64,000 nt of DNA from Nanobdellota archaeon (GTDB lineage Archaea > Nanobdellota > Nanobdellia > Pacearchaeales > GW2011-AR1): positions 32,001 through 96,000 of the forward strand of contig JBBSXB010000001.1 in the NCBI GenBank assembly GCA_038046005.1. The letters run 5' to 3'. Below, one piece after another: positions 54,158 through 64,000 of the stretch (within the stretch, counting starts at the first letter, position 1; each line of letters starts with the position of its first letter). Under the pieces are notes generated by a model, which was not told the origin of the DNA, made no database searches, and saw only the letters and a list, made by a program, of their open reading frames with translations. The translations under genes were made by a program, and so were the position numbers.

Positions 54158-55156
54158 ATGGAGATGCTTTTGATTCTTACAATTTTTATAAGTTTTAGTG
54201 TTACGTTTCTGATAATCCCGTACTGGATAAGAAAAGCTAGAGAAAATGGAATGGTTGCAAGAGACATGCACAAAAATGGAAAAGATGGTGTTGCAGAACA
54301 TGGAGGAATTCCTGTTTTGTTTGGGTTGACAATCGGAATTTTGTCTTATATTGCTTTGAAAACATTTTATTTCAAATCAGATGGTGAAACGATTTTTATT
54401 TTTGCATTGCTAAGTTCTGTTTTGATTAGTTCTATTGTTGGCCTTATGGACGATCTTCTCGGTTGGAAAAAAGGATTATCTAAAAAAATAAGACTTATTG
54501 CCATAGCTTTTGCAGCAATACCACTAATGGTAGTAAATGCGGGAGTAGATTCAGTTAGTTTACCTATTATTGGAGGGGTTAACTTTGGATTATTATTCCC
54601 TCTAGTGATTATACCTTTAGGGATTGTTGGAGCTACAACAACTTTTAATTTTTTAGCAGGTTATAATGGATTGGAATCGAGCCAAGGAATTTTAATTCTA
54701 GGGGCTTTAGCTCTGGCAACATACATTACTGGAAGCAGTTGGGTGACTATTATTTGTTTATGTGGTGTAGCCTCACTTAGTGCCTTTTACATATTTAACA
54801 AACATCCTGCAGACATATTTCCAGGAAATATTTTAACTTATCTCACTGGAACTATGATTGCAGCAGTAGCGATTATAGGTAATGTAGAAAAAATAGCAAT
54901 AATTTTCTTTATCCCTTACATTATTCAGACTGTATTGAAAGTAAGAGGAGGATTAAAAAAAGAGAGTTTTGCTGGTTTAAACAAAGATGGAAGTTTAGAA
55001 ATGCCATATGACAAAGTATATGGATTAGAACATATAGCAATAGTAGTGTTAAAAAAAATAAGACCAAGCAAAAAAGTTTATGAAAAAGACGTTGTTTATT
55101 TGATAAACATTTTCCAGATTATATTTATTGCAATTGGATTTTTGACAATCTTATGA
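54158..55156 (+). CDS. Polyprenyl-phosphate GlcNAc-1-phosphate transferase (AglH/MraY family)
   Basis: DMHK, EHGG, GLMDD, NFLAGYNGLE, FPGN. Confidence 0.88.
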   Translation: MEMLLILTIFISFSVTFLIIPYWIRKARENGMVARDMHKNGKDGVAEHGGIPVLFGLTIGILSYIALKTFYFKSDGETIFIFALLSSVLISSIVGLMDDLLGWKKGLSKKIRLIAIAFAAIPLMVVNAGVDSVSLPIIGGVNFGLLFPLVIIPLGIVGATTTFNFLAGYNGLESSQGILILGALALATYITGSSWVTIICLCGVASLSAFYIFNKHPADIFPGNILTYLTGTMIAAVAIIGNVEKIAIIFFIPYIIQTVLKVRGGLKKESFAGLNKDGSLEMPYDKVYGLEHIAIVVLKKIRPSKKVYEKDVVYLINIFQIIFIAIGFLTIL

Positions 55157-55224
55157 TTATTGTTCTGTGAATTATACCTTACAAAATCCATAAACCTTTA
55201 AAATGCCTTATTCTTAATGTCTAA

Positions 55225-58188
55225 ATGACCGACGAAGAAAATAATGTTGGAAAAGAAAGCGAGAAAAAAGAATTTAATGAACATGTTCACCACAAAAAAA
55301 GCAGTGATGAAATTGATTTTTCCAAGTTTGTTAATGTGGTAAATAAAAATAATTATGTTTTAGTTTTTTCTATGCTTTCTCTTTTAGCACTAATAGTCAG
55401 CATTTTAAGTCTTGCAAAAGCAAATGTTGGAATCAGCGTTGTTAACAATCTGATTAATTTATTTCCTACTTGGATTTTTTTGTTTCTTTTTGCAATGCTG
55501 ATTTTATCATCTATATGTGCTTACTTTGAAAAATATGCAATAATGTTTTTGCCATTGTTGATATGGATTATGTTTACAACTGCTTATGTAAGAACATCAA
55601 ATTTAAGCCAGCTCAAAGATATAACTACTGGAGGCTATACTCTTGGACCAGATTTAGATCCATTCTTATACTTAAGAAATGCTCAAGAAATTCTGAGAGG
55701 AACTCTCCAAAATCCTGACCCCATGAGATATGTCCCGCTTGGTTCACAAAACTACGCATTTGGTAATTTAATGCCTTGGGCACTTGTTTTTGTGTTTAAG
55801 ATATTTTCTATATTTAGCAAAGTATCTCTAGAATATGCGGCAAACGTAACGCCCGTAATTTTCTTTTTAATATCGATGGTTGGGTTTTTTCTATTTAATA
55901 GAAGCATTTTTTCAATAAAATTTTCAAAAAACTTCGCAACAGCCGTAGCTATATTAGCTAGCGCCATTTATGCATTTTTGCCACAAATGCTCCATAGAAC
56001 AACTGGTGGAATCCCTGAAATTGAAAGTTTAGGAATGGTTTGGTTTTGGTTTGCGTTGCTATTTTTTACACTTGCTTGGAAAAATAAAGATAAGAAAAAC
56101 TGGATAATTTACGGTGCTATAGCCGGAATCTTCACAGGATTAATGTCTTGGACTTGGGGAGGGTATAGATATTTGTATATGGCCATAAGTGCAACTTCGT
56201 TTGTGTTCTTTTTATTTGAAAAAAATAGAAAAAAGAATTTTTACATATTCTTATCATGGGCAATTCCTGCCTTAATTCTAGAATTTTTAAGACTTAAAAG
56301 TTTATCAGCAATGATAATTAAAGTGAGTGATACTGGCTCGGCTATATTTATACTGTCCATATTCCTTGTTGATGTTTTAGTTGTAAAGACAAAACTAAAA
56401 GAAAGATTCTTCAAAAAGATACCTTTAAATGGAAGTCTGTTAAGTATAGCTATAGATGTTTTGCTCATAATAATATTCTTATTAGTGCTTAATCCTAGTT
56501 TCTTGATAAATTCTACTTCAGGATTGATCCAAGGATTACTTTATCCATTTGGAAGAGGAAGAGTGGGAGTGACTGTTGCAGAAAACAAAGTCCCATATTT
56601 TTCAGAGATATTGGGCAATTTTGGAAACTTATTTTGGATTTTCCTCTTAGGAAATTTAGTAATATTTTGGGAATCTGCAAAAGAACTGAATAAAAAGAAA
56701 AGAATAACTCTCACAGCATTCTTTGTGTTATTACTTGCAGGATTATCTTTTTCTAGAATTTCGACAAGCAATTTATTGAATGGAAATAATCTCTTTTCAG
56801 ATGTTTTTTACTTAAGTGGAATTATTTTATTTGGTGGTGCCATGGTTTATACTTGTTATAAAGCAAAAAGATTGAATGATGAGAGCACTTTGGATGGGTT
56901 AAAAAAAATAGGAGTTGCTGAAGTTTTAATTTTAGCACTTTCATTTTTTGCATTAGTCTCTACACGTGGGGCGATTAGATTATTTTTTATAATAGCCCCA
57001 TTAATTACAATAGTTGTTGCATACATTCCTGTTAGGATAACCAAATCAATAAAAGACAACAGAGAAAAAGGGAAAAAGAATAATCTTGTTCTTTGGATTT
57101 TGTTTTTCGTATCAATACTAGCAATCCTAGGAGTTGGTATAAATAATGCAAACAGCACTTATGCCGAAGCAAGGTCTACAGTTCCAGGCATTTATGAACA
57201 ATACTGGCAAAACGCAATGGCTTGGGTTAGAGAAAATACTACTGAAGGAAGTGTATTTGTTCATTGGTGGGACTATGGGTATTGGGTGCAAACTATTGGA
57301 GAACGACCGACAGTAACAGATGGGGGGCACTACATTGATTATTGGGATCATTTAATTGGAAGATATGTTTTAACTACTCCTTACCCAGAAACAGCACTTA
57401 GTTTCATGAAAACACATAATGTATCTTATTTGTTGATAGATGAGACTGATTTGGGAAAATACTCTGCATACTCTAGCATAGGAAATGATCAAGACAATAA
57501 TGACAGAATGTCCTGGATCTCGATGATGTTGCTAGACCAAAAACAAACTCAAGAAACTAGCAATTCCACAATAATGGTTTATGCTGGAGGAAGCGCACTT
57601 GATGAAGACTTAATCTACAACCAAGGGGATAAAGAAATTTTTCTTCCTGAAGGAAAAGCAGGTTTAGCCGCGGTGATAATTGAAAACAAAAAATCAAATG
57701 AAAGCAGCCAGATTGGACAGCCAGTAGGAATTTTTGTGTATAATGGGCAACAGTTCAGAATTCCGATAAAAAGAATTTTCTTGAACAATAAGCTGATTAA
57801 TTTTGATGAAGGAATAAATGCCACTGTCTTTTTGATTCCAACACTAGAGAACGCTCAAAATGGGGGTTTAAGAATAAACAATCTTGGGGGAATTATTTAT
57901 TTGTCTAGAAAGGTGCAAGATGGTCTTTTTGCACAGCTTTATCTTATGGATGACCCTTCAAAAGAGTATCCAACTCTAAGCTTAGCCCATGTTGAACCAG
58001 ATCCATTAATAGGCAACATTAAGTCACGTGGAGCGGCAGATTTAGGGGATTTTATATATTACCAAGGATTTAGGGGTCCAATGAAAATCTGGAAAGTCAG
58101 TTACCCAGATAGCATAATTAGCCGAGAGGAATTCTTGAGAACTGATGGATTATTTGGAGAATTTGATAACCTGACTTTTACAAAATAA
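55225..58188 (+). CDS. aglB: Oligosaccharyltransferase AglB (STT3)
   Basis: DLDP, WGGY, TVAE, WWDYG, DLGK. Confidence 0.95.
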   Translation: MTDEENNVGKESEKKEFNEHVHHKKSSDEIDFSKFVNVVNKNNYVLVFSMLSLLALIVSILSLAKANVGISVVNNLINLFPTWIFLFLFAMLILSSICAYFEKYAIMFLPLLIWIMFTTAYVRTSNLSQLKDITTGGYTLGPDLDPFLYLRNAQEILRGTLQNPDPMRYVPLGSQNYAFGNLMPWALVFVFKIFSIFSKVSLEYAANVTPVIFFLISMVGFFLFNRSIFSIKFSKNFATAVAILASAIYAFLPQMLHRTTGGIPEIESLGMVWFWFALLFFTLAWKNKDKKNWIIYGAIAGIFTGLMSWTWGGYRYLYMAISATSFVFFLFEKNRKKNFYIFLSWAIPALILEFLRLKSLSAMIIKVSDTGSAIFILSIFLVDVLVVKTKLKERFFKKIPLNGSLLSIAIDVLLIIIFLLVLNPSFLINSTSGLIQGLLYPFGRGRVGVTVAENKVPYFSEILGNFGNLFWIFLLGNLVIFWESAKELNKKKRITLTAFFVLLLAGLSFSRISTSNLLNGNNLFSDVFYLSGIILFGGAMVYTCYKAKRLNDESTLDGLKKIGVAEVLILALSFFALVSTRGAIRLFFIIAPLITIVVAYIPVRITKSIKDNREKGKKNNLVLWILFFVSILAILGVGINNANSTYAEARSTVPGIYEQYWQNAMAWVRENTTEGSVFVHWWDYGYWVQTIGERPTVTDGGHYIDYWDHLIGRYVLTTPYPETALSFMKTHNVSYLLIDETDLGKYSAYSSIGNDQDNNDRMSWISMMLLDQKQTQETSNSTIMVYAGGSALDEDLIYNQGDKEIFLPEGKAGLAAVIIENKKSNESSQIGQPVGIFVYNGQQFRIPIKRIFLNNKLINFDEGINATVFLIPTLENAQNGGLRINNLGGIIYLSRKVQDGLFAQLYLMDDPSKEYPTLSLAHVEPDPLIGNIKSRGAADLGDFIYYQGFRGPMKIWKVSYPDSIISREEFLRTDGLFGEFDNLTFTK

Positions 58189-58236
58189 CTTTCTTAGATA
58201 CATAAAGCTTTAAAATGAGTTTAGTTAAATTTTAAT

Positions 58237-59349
58237 ATGCAAACGAATCATTCTAGAATAGCTGTTGTAATTGGCACAAAAGCTGAGTTGATTAAATGTA
58301 TGCCCATAATGGTAGAACTGCAAAAGCAAAAGAAGGATTACTTTTTTATACATACTGGCCAACATCCACTAGGCAAGATATGCAAAGACTTTGGAATAAA
58401 AAAACCAGATTTTGTATTGAGTCCCGAGCCCAAAATAAGCACAAAATTTTGGTCAAAAATTAACAGAATTTCTTTTTTGTGGTTTTTTTCAATGATTTTC
58501 AAGATTAAAGAGGTTATAAAAAAGATAAATCCAAAATATGTTGTTTACCATGGCGACACTATGAGCACTGCTGCAGCTGCAATAGGGTCCAGTAAAATTA
58601 TTAATCCTTTAAAAAAATGGACAAACGTACATCTGGAAGCTGGCTTAAGATCAGGCTCATTGTTTGAGCCTTTTCCTGAGGAAATATCAAGAAGAATTTC
58701 AGACTCTTTTTCTGATATCCTCTTAGCAGTATCAGATCTTACAGAAGATAACCTAAGAAAAAGCTATGGGAATAAAAAAATAATCTTAAAGACTGGCAAT
58801 ACTATTATTGATTCATCTTTGTATACTTACAAAAAAATAGAAAAAAAATTTAAAAAAGAAAAAGAAGGGTATGTGTTGATCAATATTCACAGACATGAAC
58901 ATCTAAGAAATAAAGAGAATTTAAGAAAAATTGTAGAGGTCATTAACTCTATAAAAACAAAGGGAATCTGGCCGCTTCATGATAATACAGAATATTATCT
59001 TAAAAAGTATGGTCTTTTTGAAAAAATTAATAGAAAAAAAATTTTGATAACACCTTTAAAGACTTATGAAGAGTTTATTTTTCTTCTTGCAAATTGCAAA
59101 TATCTCATTGCTGATGGTGGCTCAATCCAAGAAGAAAGCCTTGTTTTTAAAAAACCTTGTTTAGTTCTAAGAAATAGAACTGAAAGACAAGAAGGACTTA
59201 AAACGGGAATTAATTTTCTCACAATGGATGTAAAAAAAGCAAAGGAAATAATAAAAAGTTTAGACAACAACAAGATAAAGATTAAACCTTTCAAAAATCC
59301 GTACGGAGAACCGGGCTTAAGTAAAAAAATAATTGAAATACTAAGATGA
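58237..59349 (+). CDS. wecB: UDP-N-acetylglucosamine 2-epimerase
   Basis: HTGQH, HGDT, HLEAGLRS, PFPEE, DGGSIQEE, RTERQE. Confidence 0.9.
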   Translation: MQTNHSRIAVVIGTKAELIKCMPIMVELQKQKKDYFFIHTGQHPLGKICKDFGIKKPDFVLSPEPKISTKFWSKINRISFLWFFSMIFKIKEVIKKINPKYVVYHGDTMSTAAAAIGSSKIINPLKKWTNVHLEAGLRSGSLFEPFPEEISRRISDSFSDILLAVSDLTEDNLRKSYGNKKIILKTGNTIIDSSLYTYKKIEKKFKKEKEGYVLINIHRHEHLRNKENLRKIVEVINSIKTKGIWPLHDNTEYYLKKYGLFEKINRKKILITPLKTYEEFIFLLANCKYLIADGGSIQEESLVFKKPCLVLRNRTERQEGLKTGINFLTMDVKKAKEIIKSLDNNKIKIKPFKNPYGEPGLSKKIIEILR

Positions 59350-60446
59350 AAAAAATTAAGGTATACCTCCAATTTCCATGGAATATTTCTGATTCACAAT
59401 ATTACAAAAGTTTGATAGAAAATCCCCCAGAAGGAGTAGAATACAAAAACACCACATCAAGAATTGGCATGATATCTTCGGGGAAAAAATTAGCCTGGTT
59501 TAATTTTTTGAAAAGACAAATAAGAAGCTGGACCAAAAAATTTGGAATGGTTATTGTTAATTCCCACCTCACAAAAACAAATGGAGATTTTGATTTAATA
59601 CATTGTGCTCATTGTCTTAGTAAAAATTTAGACAAACCTTGGGTGGCAGATTTTGAATCATGGTGGCAAATGTGGATTTCTGGGAGAGACAGCATAAGAG
59701 GAAGAGACAAAGTTTTAGAAATTTTAAAGAGAAAAGAATGTAAAAAGATACTAACCTGGACTCCGGCTGCAAAAGTCGAGATAGAAAAAAAATTTCCAGA
59801 AATTAAAAATAAGTTAGAAGTGGTAACTTTTGCTATGCCTTTTAGAAAAATAAAAAAGAAAAATAAAAAAGAAAAAGTTCTTTTATTTGTGTCAAGGTAT
59901 TTCTTCCATAAGGGAGGATTGCATGCACTAGAGGTTTTTGATAGAATAACCAAACAAGAAAAAAATGTTAGGGCTATATTGGTCTCAGATGTCCCAGAAA
60001 ACATAAAAGAAAAATATTCGCTCAATAAAAAAATACAGATACATGGACTAATGTCTAGTTCTAAGATAATAAAAGAAATTTTTCCTATGGCAGACATATT
60101 TGTTTATCCGGGTTATAGTGACACATTTGGGTTTGTTTTTGTAGAAGCATTATCTTTTGGCTTGCCAATTGTGACCGTGGAAGGTTTTTCTAGAAATTTT
60201 ATTGTCAAAGATGGTGAAACAGGATTTATAATAAAAAAAGACGCAGAGATTGAAATAGAGGCTTTAGGGAAAAAAGAAGAAATTATTGTTCAGAGGATGG
60301 TTGAAAAAACATTAACAATATTAAAAGATGAAAAACTGAGAAGGAAAATGTCACAAAATTGTATAGAAGAAGTTAAAAATGGTAAATTCTCTATAAAAGA
60401 AAGAAATAGTAAGCTGAAAAAAATTTATGAGGGAGCTATAATATAG
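59346..60446 (+). CDS. GT4 family glycosyltransferase
   Basis: DTFGFVFVEALSFGLP, VKDGETG. Confidence 0.88.
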   Translation: MKKIKVYLQFPWNISDSQYYKSLIENPPEGVEYKNTTSRIGMISSGKKLAWFNFLKRQIRSWTKKFGMVIVNSHLTKTNGDFDLIHCAHCLSKNLDKPWVADFESWWQMWISGRDSIRGRDKVLEILKRKECKKILTWTPAAKVEIEKKFPEIKNKLEVVTFAMPFRKIKKKNKKEKVLLFVSRYFFHKGGLHALEVFDRITKQEKNVRAILVSDVPENIKEKYSLNKKIQIHGLMSSSKIIKEIFPMADIFVYPGYSDTFGFVFVEALSFGLPIVTVEGFSRNFIVKDGETGFIIKKDAEIEIEALGKKEEIIVQRMVEKTLTILKDEKLRRKMSQNCIEEVKNGKFSIKERNSKLKKIYEGAII

Positions 60447-60450
60447 CAAA

Positions 60451-61710
60451 ATGGACAATACAATTGAAGCTGTTAAAAATTGCAGAGCTTGTGGAGCAAA
60501 TAATTTTGTGCCGATACTATCTTTAGGAAATCAATTTATTACTAACTTTGTTTCGTCAGAAAAGGAACAAGGAGAAAAAGTCCCATTGGATTTGATTTTG
60601 TGCAATGATTGTAAAGTTATGCAGCTGAGACATAGTGCTCCTCCAGAAGCCATGTGGGGGGATCAATATTGGTATAAATCTGGAATTAGCAGCACTATAA
60701 AAGCAGATTTAAAAGATATTGCTGAAAAAGCCCAACAATTGGCCAAGTTAAATAATAATGATATTGTTATTGACATTGGATGCAATGACGGAACTATGCT
60801 AGATTTTTACAAGGGGAAAAATCTTAGTTTAGTAGGATTTGAGCCGTCTAAAAATGTTGCAAGAGAAGCTTCAGCAAAGGGACATAAAGTTATAAATGAT
60901 TTTTTTAACGCTGAGAGTTTTAAAAAGGAGTTTGGCAATAAAAAAGCAAAAATAATAACAGCTATCTCCATGTTTTATGATCTTGAAGATCCAAACAAAT
61001 TTTTAAAAGACATAGTATCTGTGATGGACAAAGAGGGGATATTTATAATACAACAAAATTATTTGCTTACCATGTTAGAACAAAACGCTTTTGATAATAT
61101 TTGCCATGAACACAGAGAGTATTATTCTGTTTACTCACTAAAGAAACTCTTGAATAAACACAACTTAGAGATATTTGATGCCGAACAGAATAGCATAAAT
61201 GGTGGAAGTGTAAGAACCTACATAAGACTGAAAAATAATAAAAATGTTAATGGATTTTCTGGAGCAGAAGAAAGGTTAAAAAAAATAGAAGAAGCTGAAA
61301 TGAAAGCTAAATTAGACTCTGAACTCCCATACAGAAAATTTGCATCTAGGGTTGATGGTATAAAAAATAAGTTAATGGATTTTTTAAAAGAGGAAAAGAA
61401 AAAAGGGAAAAAGATATGGATCTACGGGGCTTCCACAAGAGGAAATGTTATACTACAATACTTTGGCCTTGGACCAAACCTAATTGATTGCATAGCCGAC
61501 ATGAACCCAGACAAATGGGGTAAAAAAACCGTTGGCTCTTTAATCCCAATTGATTCTCCAAAAAAAATGAGAGAAGCAAATCCAGATTTTTTAGTAGTGA
61601 ACACTTGGCATTTTTTGGATGAGATAGTTAATCAAGAAAAAGAATATTTTAACAAAGGGGGTAAATTTGTCGTCGCTCTCCCAGATTTCAAGACCATTGA
61701 TAAGACTTAG
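60451..61710 (+). CDS. NDP-sugar C-methyltransferase (TylC3/NovU-like)
   Basis: N-terminal Zn site CRACG...CNDC, IDIGCNDG, FDNICHEH, YGASTRG, NPDKWG. Confidence 0.85.
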   Translation: MDNTIEAVKNCRACGANNFVPILSLGNQFITNFVSSEKEQGEKVPLDLILCNDCKVMQLRHSAPPEAMWGDQYWYKSGISSTIKADLKDIAEKAQQLAKLNNNDIVIDIGCNDGTMLDFYKGKNLSLVGFEPSKNVAREASAKGHKVINDFFNAESFKKEFGNKKAKIITAISMFYDLEDPNKFLKDIVSVMDKEGIFIIQQNYLLTMLEQNAFDNICHEHREYYSVYSLKKLLNKHNLEIFDAEQNSINGGSVRTYIRLKNNKNVNGFSGAEERLKKIEEAEMKAKLDSELPYRKFASRVDGIKNKLMDFLKEEKKKGKKIWIYGASTRGNVILQYFGLGPNLIDCIADMNPDKWGKKTVGSLIPIDSPKKMREANPDFLVVNTWHFLDEIVNQEKEYFNKGGKFVVALPDFKTIDKT

Positions 61711-62552
61711 TTCTCAATCAATCTTTTCTTAATCACACTTAATCCCTTTTCGAAAGTAGTAAACTTTATTCCTAGACCATTCATCTTAGCAGTGTTTAAA
61801 GTTGCATTTTCCGGAATCTTTATCGCAACTGGCTGTGATTTATTTATTTTTATTAAAGAATTTTCTCTAACAATTGACTCAAGATTTCCTAGCAACTCAA
61901 TTATTTCCATTTTATCCGGACCTGCTAAATGGAAAATCCCTTTTTTATTTCTTTTTACCAGTTCCATCATTAATCTCGGAACATCATCCACAAAAATAGG
62001 TTGCCTGAGTTGATGAGGTTCCCGTAATTCTATAAAATTACCAGACAAAACTGTATCAAAAACCCCATTTTTTTTATCTTTTCCATTATACCCATACATA
62101 ATATCTACTCTAAGGATAATTCCTTTTGGGTTTTTCAAGATTTCTTTTTCGGCCATAATTTTTGTTCTTGCATACTCATTTATTGGGCTGGTTTTATCAT
62201 CTTCATTATAATTGCCAGTTTTCCCATCGAATAAATAAGAAGAAGACATAAAAACCATCCAGGCTCCAATTTCATTAGCGACCTCTGAGATATTCTTGGC
62301 CGTTTTATAGTTTAGGTCTTCGGCGAGGCGAGGATTATTCTCGCACTTAGTTGAGCTCGTCAAGGCAACTGTGTCTAAAATGACTTCTGGTTTATACTTT
62401 AATAGGAATTTTCTTACCTCAGAAATGTTCAAAACATCCAATTTATTTTCTGAAGAATTTTTTCCAGCTTTCACCACTTCATTGTTTTTTGATAAAATTT
62501 CTGCTGCTTTCGTTCCCAAAAAGCCATCTGCGCCGATTATGGCTACTTTCAT
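61707..62552 (-). CDS. RmlD-like NDP-4-keto-sugar reductase (SDR)
   Basis: GADGFLG, PINEYARTK. Confidence 0.85.
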   Translation of the reverse strand: MKVAIIGADGFLGTKAAEILSKNNEVVKAGKNSSENKLDVLNISEVRKFLLKYKPEVILDTVALTSSTKCENNPRLAEDLNYKTAKNISEVANEIGAWMVFMSSSYLFDGKTGNYNEDDKTSPINEYARTKIMAEKEILKNPKGIILRVDIMYGYNGKDKKNGVFDTVLSGNFIELREPHQLRQPIFVDDVPRLMMELVKRNKKGIFHLAGPDKMEIIELLGNLESIVRENSLIKINKSQPVAIKIPENATLNTAKMNGLGIKFTTFEKGLSVIKKRLIEN

Positions 62553-63646
62553 TTTAAAGCGTGATAAATTTTTTTGTATTTTCTGGCAATTGCAGACAAT
62601 CCATTTTCCTTAAGGTAGTTAACACATTCTTGTTCCATTCTTTTAAGGTTTCGTGGTTTTATTGAATCTTTTATAACTCTTGGATAATCTTCGTCATCTT
62701 TAGCTATAGCAATTCCCTTAAAATGTCTTGACGCCTCATTAAAGAATTTTATATTGCTTACAATTATTGGCCTCTTTGCAGCTATTGAATGTGCAAAGAT
62801 TCCACTCCCAATTCCCCCCCTATATGGAAGAAGAACTAAATCTGCTGCTGCAAAATATTTCCACCATAAAGGGTTCTTATCAGTTATGTCAAAAATATCA
62901 AAACGCACAAACTTTTCTAATTTTTTTTGTTTAACAATCTGTTTATTTTCCTCAATATAATCTCTTACTCGGTCCGTATTTCTATCATTTACAGAACCTG
63001 GATTTGCAACAACAAGGGTTGTTCCACCTATTTTATCAGCTTGGTTGATGATAATATCATGGCCGTGATCAGGCACCATACTCCCCATGAATAAATAAAC
63101 TGGGCCAGATAATTTTAATTCCTTTTTTGTTTTTAATTTGTCATAAGAAGGCACATTCTCTATTATTCCTTGTGGAAGAACAGCTATTTTTGAAGGAGAA
63201 AAATTATACTCCTTGACTAATATATCCTTAAAAAACTCTGCATGAACAACAACCATATCTGAACACCAATTTATAACTCTATTTTGAGTGAAATACAGAA
63301 ATTTTCTAAAAAACGTCTTTAGTTTGCTACCTTTAAATTTTTCTTTTTTGGATAAAACTGTATGCATTGTCGTAATAACCCTACATTTACAAAAAGAAAA
63401 CAAGAAATAAAGGGCAAAAAATGGAAGGCCATAACCTCCGAGCAAGTTATATTCGTGTTGTATATGAACAACATCATATTTTTTTATTTCCTTAAATTTT
63501 TTGAATATATTGAATGGAGAACCGGCAGTATAATTTATGTTACTAATATCTTCTCCCTGTTGTTTAATACTATCAACAAGAGTTACAGAATAACCTGAAA
63601 TCGCTTTTTCAGATTCTCTCGTTGGAAAAACCATTGCTATTTTCAT
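62549..63646 (-). CDS. GT4-like glycosyltransferase
   Basis: HIQHEY, TTMHT, ADLVLLPY...SG. Confidence 0.82.
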   Translation of the reverse strand: MKIAMVFPTRESEKAISGYSVTLVDSIKQQGEDISNINYTAGSPFNIFKKFKEIKKYDVVHIQHEYNLLGGYGLPFFALYFLFSFCKCRVITTMHTVLSKKEKFKGSKLKTFFRKFLYFTQNRVINWCSDMVVVHAEFFKDILVKEYNFSPSKIAVLPQGIIENVPSYDKLKTKKELKLSGPVYLFMGSMVPDHGHDIIINQADKIGGTTLVVANPGSVNDRNTDRVRDYIEENKQIVKQKKLEKFVRFDIFDITDKNPLWWKYFAAADLVLLPYRGGIGSGIFAHSIAAKRPIIVSNIKFFNEASRHFKGIAIAKDDEDYPRVIKDSIKPRNLKRMEQECVNYLKENGLSAIARKYKKIYHALK

Positions 63647-63669
63647 TTTGTTATTAGAGTTAATATCGT

Positions 63670-63999
63670 TTAATGAATATTACTTTTTGAGTGTTGAATT
63701 TTTATTTTCCAGTAATCAATTGTTTTTTTTAATCCTTCCTCTGGTGAGACTGTCTGTTCCCAATGCAGGATTTTTTTTGCTTGCGTACTATCCAGAACTA
63801 AATAAGGCTGGTCTGACGCCAATGGTCTATTTGGGTATCCTGGAGGGAATTCCCTCAAGTGCAATTTGCTTTCAGGAAATCCTATAAGTTTAGCAATTTT
63901 CAGCGCCCACTCTTTATTTGTAATTCCTTTTCCCCCAGAGATATTAAACGCGCTTCCTTGAATGTTTTTGGTTTTCATGGCTAAAAGGTAAGAATTAAC
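63670..63999 (-). CDS. C-terminal part of NAD-dependent epimerase/dehydratase (5'-truncated)
   Basis: Frame is open to the window edge; FNISGG, LDSTQAKKILHW, EEGLKKT. Confidence 0.8.
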   Translation of the reverse strand, partial: VNSYLLAMKTKNIQGSAFNISGGKGITNKEWALKIAKLIGFPESKLHLREFPPGYPNRPLASDQPYLVLDSTQAKKILHWEQTVSPEEGLKKTIDYWKIKIQHSKSNIH

Positions 64000-64000
64000 A

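Noticed and set aside
5926-63887. Numerous 60-170 aa antisense or alternate-frame ORFs inside the S-layer, ftsZ, AMP phosphorylase, ribosomal and glycosylation genes
   Set aside because: They lie within clearly identified genes and show the composition typical of reverse frames.
1-64000. CRISPR array, cas genes, integrase, transposase, rRNA
   Set aside because: No regularly spaced repeats or recognisable motifs were found by eye.

Overview
AT-rich chromosomal segment of a DPANN archaeon, most consistent with Pacearchaeota/Woesearchaeota. This is inferred from archaeal-type ribosomal proteins, reduced gene clusters, an archaeosortase, AMP phosphorylase and ribose-1,5-bisphosphate isomerase. 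Standard genetic code. 1-14.3 kb is a cell-surface locus: a 5'-truncated Gly/Ala-zipper protein with Cys-Ig repeats, four class III (pilin-like) signal peptide genes, an HTH regulator with operator palindromes, a major S-layer gene, an archaeosortase, a PAP2-family gene and a second S-layer-like protein. 14.3-35 kb holds housekeeping genes (sepF, prefoldin, rpoP, L37ae, L11-spt5-secE-ftsZ, aIF5A, L40e, site-2 protease, L1-L10-L12, Rad3/DinG-like helicase, AMP phosphorylase) and three tRNAs (Pro-TGG, Thr-CGT, intron-containing Ser-TGA). 35-50 kb is the L3-to-secY superoperon, without rpp29 or adk at their usual positions. 50-64 kb is an N-glycosylation locus (AglH-like, AglB, WecB, glycosyltransferases, a C-methyltransferase, two FkbM methyltransferases). 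No CRISPR array, rRNA, integrase or transposase was seen. The most striking signal is that junctions of conserved operons are repeatedly interrupted by orphan genes or 45-60 bp hairpin/mini-ORF scars, several flanked by duplicated gene-end/RBS/start sequences that preserve translational coupling. This suggests junction-targeted gene-cassette gain and loss. Other candidates are a structured leader RNA upstream of spt5, possible near-leaderless tRNA transcription, and a possible TG[NFAS] surface-protein sorting motif. All calls come from motif recognition by eye; no database searches were run.
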